From positions 217 through 64,216 of the forward strand of contig JAAZLH010000161.1 of assembly GCA_012799415.1 (NCBI GenBank): DNA of 64,000 nt. The letters run 5' to 3'. The position numbers were made by a program, and so were the translations under genes. The stretch comes from Candidatus Epulonipiscium sp. (GTDB lineage Bacteria > Bacillota > Clostridia > Lachnospirales > JAAYNZ01). How positions within the stretch are numbered: position 1 is the stretch's first letter; every line of letters starts with the position of its first letter. The notes beneath the pieces were generated by a model. That model was given only the letters and a program-made list of their open reading frames with translations. It did not search any database and was not told where the DNA came from. Positions 56,716-64,000 of this stretch are shown one piece after another.

Positions 56716-59700
56716 TTATCTAAGCTCTTGAAAACTTTTAAGTAAATTAAGTTCTCCATATCCCCATTCCCGATTAGGATAAACTAAACTAGGTTTTCTT
56801 GTAGCTCCACGGATAAAATAGGTTTTGGCTTTTTGTGTATCCATTTCAGGATCATTTCCATCAACGATACCCCACTGTAATAATAGAGCAGAGGCACCCG
56901 CTGCGTAAGCTGCAGCCACACTAGTACCTGTCATTACCCCATATCTTCCACCAGGCAAAGGCCCTTCTATATCCACTCCAGGCGCTACAAAATTTGGTTT
57001 CATTTCTTGATCCCTGGTAAGACCACGACTAGAACTAATCCATAGGCTTTTATCTTTATGATTATAAGCTCCTACACTAATAGTACCTATAGTAGTAGAA
57101 GGAACCGTGATAGTAGTAAAGGGAATCGGTTCTAAAAACTGAGTATCAGGCTTAATCCACCCTGTTCGCGGGAGCCAAGCATGGTAGCGCCCATCTACAA
57201 TAAAATCTCCATAGAGTCTAATGGTCCAAATCCCTGGTGTAGGATCTTGAAATCCTATTGTAATAGATTGGTCACCGGTTTTTCGCTCTACTAACTGATA
57301 CTGCACTTCAATAATTGTTTTTTCTAAAACAAAGGGAATACGCTCATTGATAGAAAGCCGGGATGGAATACGCTCTATTCTTTCTCCTGTAGGAGATAAA
57401 ATAGAGATCGACATTTTATCAGGTGCATAGTTCCATATTTGCATAGTAAAACCCGTTTCTCCCTCTCCTACTTTACACTCAATATCTAAATAGGGTTGCT
57501 GTGGAGCAAATTGTCCACTGGTATGATGTCCCTTGTTAGCTTCATTTCCTGCTGGAGTCACCATAATAATTCCAATTTGTTCTCCTGTACTAGCCATATA
57601 TGTCTCAACTATACTAGTTCCATCATGCCCACCTTCATTGGTACTTAAACCAATATTGATGACTAAGGGTTTATTCAATTTTTTAGCAATATCTACTAAA
57701 TATTTGATTCCCATTAGTATATCTGTACTTTGATAGACAATAACATTTGGATCATCAATATTTTGTTCTTCTCTTAAATATTTTTTAGCAGGCTTTAGTT
57801 TTACAATTGCAAAATCCGCATCAGGAGCAGCACCTACGAAAGTCCCGTTCGTACGATCCATTCCACCTGCCACTCCTGCCAAAAATGTTCCATGCCCTGT
57901 TGGATCTACAGTAGGTACAAGTGTATAAGGATCTGCTTGTTTCAATGCTTCATTGATCTGGTTTTCTGTATATTCTGTTCCATAATTAAATCCTGCTGGC
58001 GGATGCCCAGATATGGTCTGGTCCCAGATACTATAAATTCGGGTACTACGATCTTCATAAAGAAAAACAGGATGAGTATAATCAATTCCAGAGTCGATAA
58101 AACCTAATAATACTCCTTGCCCACGTAAGGGCAAATAAGGGTTGGTATGAAATTCCAATATATTACTCACTTCTAAAGCTGATGTATCAGAAGGACCAAA
58201 TAAAATAGGTTGTGTATAATATAAATGTCCTTCAAACTGGGGAAGCAATGTGGCAGTCAGATCTGCCGGTATATGGAGTATACTATACCTAGCATCAATT
58301 CTCTGAAATTGAACCTGAGGATATTCTTGTAATTTTTGATTCAACCATTCTTCATTTATATTTTCTATGATAAAATCTTGATAATTCTCTGATTGTACAC
58401 TGGATTCATCTGCCTCCATAGAAAAAATCGTTGATTTAAGTAAATCTAGTCCAATGGGTAGATTCAATGATGAGGTAATTGAATTTACTGAAGTAGAAAC
58501 AGAAGAAAATGTAGGAAAACTATTTTGTAAACATAGGGTACCATAGCCCCAAGTGGGATTTGGATAAGCAAGGACAGAAGTTCTTTTTGCACCACGTAAT
58601 AAATATGCCTTTATTTTTTCGCCATATAAAAACGGATCATGTCCTTGTATAATACCCCATTCCATAAGCAAAGCCGCTGCACCAGTAACATGAGGTGTAG
58701 CCATGCTTGTGCCACTCAAAGTCTGGTATCCTCCTCCGGGAGCTGCTGCGGTAATGTTAACTCCAGGAGCCACCAAGTCTGGTTTAATATTTCCTGTCCA
58801 CTCCCTAACTCCTCTCCCTGAAAAGGGTGCTATACTATCTAATGTAGCATTGTAAGCACCTACTGTAATAACTCTTTGCACTGTACCAGGTACAGTGACT
58901 GTTCCATCAATGGTTGCCCTTGTAAACCGAGTATTTTGACCCAAAGATTCTGATATAGGTAACCATATTTGATACCCCCCATTTACAACCTCTTCTCCAT
59001 ATACAGTTAATGTCCATATACCTTCTTGCATAGCCGTTCCTGTTGGTTGCAGAACGATATAAATTGGTTTATTGGACTGATAAGGATTAGGTTCTCCAAC
59101 GTAAATCAATATTTCTGTGGTTCCAATTGTAATATTTTTACTACTTTTTATTCTTCCTGTTTTTTCTCCTGCCGGTGTCGTTAGCTCTATTTCTATATTA
59201 TCTACATAAGGTATCCATATTTCAATTGGTAAGGAACCTTCCATAGCTGATACAGTAAATTGTTGTATTTTTTCCCCTCCAGATTCTACCTGCCCACTCA
59301 GATGATGCCCTGTATCTCCTTCATTTCCTGCCCCTACTGCTATACTTGTCTTCCACCTGTAAGCCATTTCTTCTATATAAGTTTCAAATAGAGATTGGCC
59401 ATCATGGGCCCCTTCATTTGTTCCTAGACTAATGTTAATAGCTACTGGTTTTCCTAGATCCTGAGCTTTGTCTATAACATATTTAATGGCCCTCATAATC
59501 TCTGTATTTCGATAAAAGGGTTCAGCCCCTTTTTGTCCTAGTTTTACAATGATAAATTCAGCCTGAGGAGCAACTCCCATATATTTACCATTGCTAGCCC
59601 GACCATTTCCTCCTGCAATACTGGCTACATGGGTTCCATGTCCAATATAATCTTCATGAGGCACTATTTCCTGCTGTTCTGCTAGGGTAGGAGCAGCCAA

Positions 59701-60243
59701 CGCTACGTTAATCTCTGCCTGTGTAAATTCCCTTCCAATTGAATAACCAACTGGAGATGTTCCTGTTAAAGATTGATCCCAAAGAAAAACAATACGACTA
59801 GAGCCATCTTCTTTTCTAAAATCTGGATGACGATAATCAATTCCCGAGTCTATGATTCCTAGCAAAACCCCCTCTCCTTTTAGCTCATAAGGGGCTGTAT
59901 TTTGAACAGAGGAAATACAAGCCTGACGTAAACTTTCATTAAGACCAAACTCTACCCTTTTAGGCTTCTCAATAAATTCTACTTCTGAAAAACTTGCTAA
60001 CGTATTTAACATACCTTCTGGCACATTTAAAATAGCATATTGACTAGTTAGAATATCAACTGTTGCTCCGATGTTTCTTCCTACTTCTTGTATATTCCCA
60101 TGGTATTTTACAATCACTTCCCAGTGCTTATCAGATGGATTATAGCCTACATTTAATTCTGGATCTCTAACTCGTTCCTCAACTGGTATTTCTAGAACTG
60201 CTTGCAAGCTTTCATCAATTTTTTGATTTTCATTGATAGCCAT
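56716..60243 (-). CDS. cspBA: Fused double subtilisin-like germination protease (CspBA-type)
   Basis: 1175 aa with two S8 domains. Domain 1 has [25 protein letters not shown] and [17 protein letters not shown]. Domain 2 has [25 protein letters not shown] and [17 protein letters not shown]. It neighbours sleC. Confidence 0.85.
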   Translation of the reverse strand: MAINENQKIDESLQAVLEIPVEERVRDPELNVGYNPSDKHWEVIVKYHGNIQEVGRNIGATVDILTSQYAILNVPEGMLNTLASFSEVEFIEKPKRVEFGLNESLRQACISSVQNTAPYELKGEGVLLGIIDSGIDYRHPDFRKEDGSSRIVFLWDQSLTGTSPVGYSIGREFTQAEINVALAAPTLAEQQEIVPHEDYIGHGTHVASIAGGNGRASNGKYMGVAPQAEFIIVKLGQKGAEPFYRNTEIMRAIKYVIDKAQDLGKPVAINISLGTNEGAHDGQSLFETYIEEMAYRWKTSIAVGAGNEGDTGHHLSGQVESGGEKIQQFTVSAMEGSLPIEIWIPYVDNIEIELTTPAGEKTGRIKSSKNITIGTTEILIYVGEPNPYQSNKPIYIVLQPTGTAMQEGIWTLTVYGEEVVNGGYQIWLPISESLGQNTRFTRATIDGTVTVPGTVQRVITVGAYNATLDSIAPFSGRGVREWTGNIKPDLVAPGVNITAAAPGGGYQTLSGTSMATPHVTGAAALLMEWGIIQGHDPFLYGEKIKAYLLRGAKRTSVLAYPNPTWGYGTLCLQNSFPTFSSVSTSVNSITSSLNLPIGLDLLKSTIFSMEADESSVQSENYQDFIIENINEEWLNQKLQEYPQVQFQRIDARYSILHIPADLTATLLPQFEGHLYYTQPILFGPSDTSALEVSNILEFHTNPYLPLRGQGVLLGFIDSGIDYTHPVFLYEDRSTRIYSIWDQTISGHPPAGFNYGTEYTENQINEALKQADPYTLVPTVDPTGHGTFLAGVAGGMDRTNGTFVGAAPDADFAIVKLKPAKKYLREEQNIDDPNVIVYQSTDILMGIKYLVDIAKKLNKPLVINIGLSTNEGGHDGTSIVETYMASTGEQIGIIMVTPAGNEANKGHHTSGQFAPQQPYLDIECKVGEGETGFTMQIWNYAPDKMSISILSPTGERIERIPSRLSINERIPFVLEKTIIEVQYQLVERKTGDQSITIGFQDPTPGIWTIRLYGDFIVDGRYHAWLPRTGWIKPDTQFLEPIPFTTITVPSTTIGTISVGAYNHKDKSLWISSSRGLTRDQEMKPNFVAPGVDIEGPLPGGRYGVMTGTSVAAAYAAGASALLLQWGIVDGNDPEMDTQKAKTYFIRGATRKPSLVYPNREWGYGELNLLKSFQELR

Positions 60244-60323
60244 GGCTTCCCCCTTTATACCCTTTATAATAAACCCATAATCTGATTTATCTTATGCCAT
60301 TACTCTAGTCTATAGACCCAAAG

Positions 60324-60357
60324 AAAAAGCATTGATAGAATTCTATCAATGCTTTTT
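60324..60357 (-). terminator. Terminator after the glycoside hydrolase-ASRT pair
   Basis: 15-bp stem AAAAAGCATTGATAG/CTATCAATGCTTTTT with flanking T-runs. Confidence 0.75.
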
Positions 60358-60375
60358 CTTAAAATATTTTTCTTT

Positions 60376-60747
60376 TTATGATAAAGGGTAAGCCATTGTT
60401 GTCATAAGAGTCATTTCTGCCTGGCTAGTATCCATCCTGCTATGTTGAACAATGATGGGTTCGTCACTATCGATTTTAATAGCATAAGGAACACCTTTAG
60501 GTATTTTTTGTCCTAATTGATCTTGTATCTGATCTAAACGAATATGGTTTGTTCGTTTTGCACCACAAATAGCAATAAAATCTTCCATAGGACCACAATC
60601 TTCAAAATAAATACTGATTTTAAGATTTGCATCTTTCTCTCCAATATTCAAAACACAGATGGCTTCATGACTTACAAAATCCCCGTTGCTCCTTTCTGGT
60701 AAAAATCCATCCGGTATAATCCACCTTTTTTGTCCTAGTTTATTCAT
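60376..60747 (-). CDS. Sensory-rhodopsin-transducer (ASRT) family beta-sandwich protein
   Basis: About 123 aa. W.IPDGF.P..., SHEAICVLN.G..DA...I.IYFED, RTNHIRLD, and PI.VQHSRMDTSQAEMTL..TMAY parallel Anabaena ASRT and Thermotoga TM1070. The ATG at 60747 forms an ATGA overlap with the upstream stop. Confidence 0.7.
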   Translation of the reverse strand: MNKLGQKRWIIPDGFLPERSNGDFVSHEAICVLNIGEKDANLKISIYFEDCGPMEDFIAICGAKRTNHIRLDQIQDQLGQKIPKGVPYAIKIDSDEPIIVQHSRMDTSQAEMTLMTTMAYPLS

Positions 60748-63254
60748 AAACATCCCCCTTCCTTAAACATTTTTACTTGAACAGGCCCCATAAGGCCTGA
60801 GTCTAGATTTGATTTGCTAAAATGATTGGCTAAACTATTTTTTATTTCTATCACTATTGTATTTTTTCCTTCTTGGATATAATCTGTAATATCAAAAAGA
60901 TAAGGTTTCCACATTTTAACTCCCAAGTTTTGATCATTGATGAATAGTTCTGCAATTTCTCCTACTTCACCTAAATCCAATTGGATTTTACTTTGCTTTT
61001 TCACATCACTAATAGAAAACTCTTTTTTATAGAACATACTTCCTGTATATTCTTTTGTATCTGCTTGCTTTGTCCAAGATATTAGCTGATCTATAGGTTC
61101 TAAATGATCCATGTTTTTTCCCATATACCATCCTGTAGAGATATCGATATGCTGATTCAATTGATCTTCTTTTGTAAATCTATCAGAATCTATATCTACA
61201 GGCACTATCTGTTTTGGTGTAGATGTGTCTAGAAGTAAGCGAATAATCCTACTTTCCCGTCTATCTAAAGTAAGATTCATAAGGGTTCCTTTTTCTCCTA
61301 CTATCTGACTATTTATTTCTTTTATACAACCATTCCATGGATCCCAGATTTCTATTGCCCCTTCTCTAGCAAGTCGAAGGGTAGATTGTATCTGTTCTTC
61401 ACCTTCATTAACTAATAAATAGAAATGCTGATTTTCCTTGGTAACATGAGATATTCGTAAGTCTTCATTTGGTTCACCCAGCTGTATCTCTCTTACAATC
61501 ATTTTATCTAATAATGGTACAATTTCATTTATAGAAGATAACTTTTCATAACCTATCAAATTAACCTTTTCATTTTGTGGATTATAAACTACTACATTGA
61601 TTCCATTATCAATCATTTGCTGCAATTTATCTGTGTTTTCTTCATCAATCATATCCATATCTTCAATAATTAAGACGTTATATCTTTGTTTCTCTATGAT
61701 TAATGAATCTGCCTCGATCTTACAAGCTGATGATTGTAAGATCTCATTTTCTAAATAATTAAATTCAATTTGATTTTGATATAAAGGCTTTACAGTTTTC
61801 CATGGTAGGTATTGGGCTTCACATAAAACAGCAATGGATGTTTGATTGATACTATCTGTCATAAGCCAGCTCATTCGCTTCATGTAATCTGAGATTTTCT
61901 TATAATTTGACCACCAAATATTATTGGGACCTACATCTGGTGGACGCTCTCCGTATCTTCGCTCCCCTCGAATGGAATAAAAGAAAGCATGAGGAAATAA
62001 AAGATTTACACCCCGTACAAAAAGCCAGTCCATATACCATTTCATATCATCCATAGAAAAACTCCAGTCGATACCATTCTTCCCTGAACAAGCAAAACAT
62101 TCATTTCCATTCCTACGTTTTCCTCGATGTCTTGCAGAGTCAGAGCTACATTTACCCATCGTACTATGTTGCCCCTCTAATGCTTTGCCTTCTTCTGGTG
62201 CCACCCATCTCCAGACCACATCTTGAGCAGGAATATGAAAGTATTTCAAGACACCAATATCATCACTACCTTCTGGGTGCCCCGTTAATGCAATTTTATG
62301 TTTCTCACACCAATCAGAAATGGGTTGATAATAAGTTTGTTCTAACCGTTTATTAATGGTTTCTTTAAACTTTTTTCTCTTTATTTTTGTTTCTTCCCCT
62401 GCTTCAAACCAAAGAATAGGTAAGTCTTTAATATCATTACCTTGCGCTTGATAAAAAGACAAAAACTCACCGGTCCAAGGTTGCAATCCTTTCATTCTTC
62501 CCCGTCCCATAATAGAAGGTTCATCGGTAAACATCCCAATTATGGTGTTTCCAAAATAATGTCCTAACACTTCAAAATATCGATCATGGGTAAACTGGAT
62601 AAAAGCTTGCATAGCTTCTGGATTCAAGAGATCACTAGAGGGAGGTGGATTTTCCTCCCCATCATCTTCTCCAAAATGAATACCTCGAATATGTCCTCCA
62701 GTAAAAGTTTCTAAAAATAAGAGAATAGACCATTGCTCTGAATCAGGTGGAGTGAATATAATTTTTCCATTTATGAAGCTAATTTCTCTTGTACTTTGTG
62801 GTTCAATCTCCATTGAAGATTGTTTTTTTACTGCAAGAGCAACCACTAAATCTTTTTTTTCTTCCTCCTTTAGCTCTATTTCTACCTTTCCTCTGCAAGG
62901 GTATTCTACCATTTTCAATCCTTTACTTGCATAATTAGGATTAGATTTAACTACCTTCCCATGAGCAGAGCCCGAGGGATACATGGCTTCATCATATAAA
63001 ACTACTTTCATTTTCAACCGATCTGCTTCCTCTACAGCACAGGCCACTAATTCCATAAATCGATCTGATAAATAAGGTATCTCTTTTGGAATACCTATAC
63101 GAGGGTGAATAACAAATCCATTCACACCTTTGCTATAAAAATCATTAATCTGTCTAATAATTTCTCCCTCTTTTAAATCATCATTCCAAAACCAAAAAGG
63201 AATCGGTGTATATTCTTCACTAGGTTGTAAAAATTCTTTTTTTAACTCCCCCAT
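60744..63254 (-). CDS. Large glycoside hydrolase-like protein with a C-terminal galactose-binding-like jelly-roll domain
   Basis: 836 aa. The N-terminus YTPIPFWFWNDDL...GVNGFVIHPR is typical of an uncharacterised glycosyl-hydrolase family. The C-terminus (LDLGEVGEIAELFINDQNLGVKMWKPYLFDITDYIQEGKNTIVIEIKN) resembles GH2-type sugar-binding domains. The exact GH family is not assignable by eye. Confidence 0.6.
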   Translation of the reverse strand: MGELKKEFLQPSEEYTPIPFWFWNDDLKEGEIIRQINDFYSKGVNGFVIHPRIGIPKEIPYLSDRFMELVACAVEEADRLKMKVVLYDEAMYPSGSAHGKVVKSNPNYASKGLKMVEYPCRGKVEIELKEEEKKDLVVALAVKKQSSMEIEPQSTREISFINGKIIFTPPDSEQWSILLFLETFTGGHIRGIHFGEDDGEENPPPSSDLLNPEAMQAFIQFTHDRYFEVLGHYFGNTIIGMFTDEPSIMGRGRMKGLQPWTGEFLSFYQAQGNDIKDLPILWFEAGEETKIKRKKFKETINKRLEQTYYQPISDWCEKHKIALTGHPEGSDDIGVLKYFHIPAQDVVWRWVAPEEGKALEGQHSTMGKCSSDSARHRGKRRNGNECFACSGKNGIDWSFSMDDMKWYMDWLFVRGVNLLFPHAFFYSIRGERRYGERPPDVGPNNIWWSNYKKISDYMKRMSWLMTDSINQTSIAVLCEAQYLPWKTVKPLYQNQIEFNYLENEILQSSACKIEADSLIIEKQRYNVLIIEDMDMIDEENTDKLQQMIDNGINVVVYNPQNEKVNLIGYEKLSSINEIVPLLDKMIVREIQLGEPNEDLRISHVTKENQHFYLLVNEGEEQIQSTLRLAREGAIEIWDPWNGCIKEINSQIVGEKGTLMNLTLDRRESRIIRLLLDTSTPKQIVPVDIDSDRFTKEDQLNQHIDISTGWYMGKNMDHLEPIDQLISWTKQADTKEYTGSMFYKKEFSISDVKKQSKIQLDLGEVGEIAELFINDQNLGVKMWKPYLFDITDYIQEGKNTIVIEIKNSLANHFSKSNLDSGLMGPVQVKMFKEGGCL

Positions 63255-63383
63255 CTATTGTAAAACCTCCTGACTCTATGTCCATATAAACAGTTATGCC
63301 GATTATTTACTATATAGATATAAACCTTCATAATCGAATTTTCCGTAAGTGCCTATAAAATTGTATAACTATATGCAAATTAC

Positions 63384-64000
63384 TTACGCATTCTTGTCTG
63401 CTAATACTAATTTTGCCAAAAAGGCCAATGTAAGTCCTTGTCCCCAACCTTGAATTCTTTTTTTAGGTACTTGCTTGTATCCTTCTTCATCATCCATAAC
63501 TGCTGTTCCTGCAGAAACATTCATAACCCTTCCGTCTTCTGCAATATTATCTACGATGCCTCTATAGGCTTTTTGAATATAGTCAGTATAAATGTTTTGT
63601 CCTAACACTTTTTCATAGGAAATGAGGCCAGCTGCAATACCAGCAGAGGCTGATATTTCTTCATAGGATTCTGGATTTGTAAGGACTGTATGCCAAAGCC
63701 CTCTATCCGATTGAAGTCTTACTAAAGCAGCTAACTGATCGCGTAAGGAACCTTCAATCATCATAAAGGAGGGATTCGTCACTGTAATAAGTTGAAGAGC
63801 CTCTCCCATGGTTAAGGCAGCCCAAGCATTAGCTCTTGCCCAATAAATAGAAGACATATTATTTTGCTTAATATGATCCCAGCCATGATAATACAAATTA
63901 CTTTGATTATCTTGTAAAAATTCTTCATGCCAATAATACTGATTTAGTCCATCTTTAATATACTCTTCATTATTTAGCTTAACACCAATGCGCAATAAGA
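63384..64000 (-). CDS. GH105/GH88-family unsaturated rhamnogalacturonyl/glucuronyl hydrolase (C-terminal part; the N-terminus lies beyond the window end)
   Basis: Contains YHGWDH, IYWARANAWAALTMGEAL and RLQSDRGLWHTVL. The frame stays open to the window edge, so the track's Met at 63995 is not the real start. Confidence 0.75.
   Translation of the reverse strand, partial: LLRIGVKLNNEEYIKDGLNQYYWHEEFLQDNQSNLYYHGWDHIKQNNMSSIYWARANAWAALTMGEALQLITVTNPSFMMIEGSLRDQLAALVRLQSDRGLWHTVLTNPESYEEISASAGIAAGLISYEKVLGQNIYTDYIQKAYRGIVDNIAEDGRVMNVSAGTAVMDDEEGYKQVPKKRIQGWGQGLTLAFLAKLVLADKNA

Noticed and set aside
698-62934. Many 60-128-aa ORFs in the supplied track lie antisense to, or out of frame within, long well-supported genes. 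Examples are 698..925, 2035..2568, 3019..3307, 9401..9633, 12142..12806, 14628..15218, 40371..40691, 41448..42013, 46609..47171, 50270..50833, 57533..58821 and 62132..62934.
   Set aside because: They are embedded in genes with strong family motifs and lack RBSs. Their compositions are low-complexity and typical of shadow frames in AT-rich DNA. I do not report them as genes.

Overview
This is an AT-rich chromosomal segment from an endospore-forming Firmicute of class Clostridia. That call rests on spoIIAA-spoIIAB-sigF, spoVAA-AE, yunB, sleC and a fused cspBA. About 55 genes are present and nearly all are on the minus strand.

Gene content, left to right:
- Housekeeping genes: RumA-type rRNA methyltransferase (partial), yebC, a nitroreductase, cysK, yigZ, hflX, type III glutamine synthetase, yunB and a class A PBP.
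- Sporulation block: spoVA and spoIIA operons, followed by a TPR protein, folC and valS with a T-box leader.
- Small metabolic genes, then a visibly more AT-rich stretch (about 29.6-37.2 kb) of unrelated small genes with signs of gene decay.
- A 15-kb, nine-gene, tightly coupled operon at 37209-52465.
- A germination locus (sleC, asparaginase, cspBA).
- The start of a pectin/rhamnogalacturonan utilisation cluster (large glycoside hydrolase, an ASRT-family protein, GH105).

The 37209-52465 operon is the best candidate for an undescribed system. It encodes three intact and one degenerate non-canonical Hsp70 paralogues. One paralogue is fused to a vWA domain. The operon also encodes a long coiled-coil protein ending in a GrpE-like domain, two large orphan proteins, a TPR protein and a coiled-coil membrane protein. 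It has no J-domain protein, hrcA or CIRCE.

A 50-nt palindromic intergenic repeat family (four full copies plus one partial) is a second notable signal.

All family assignments come from motif recognition in the supplied translations. No database search was possible.
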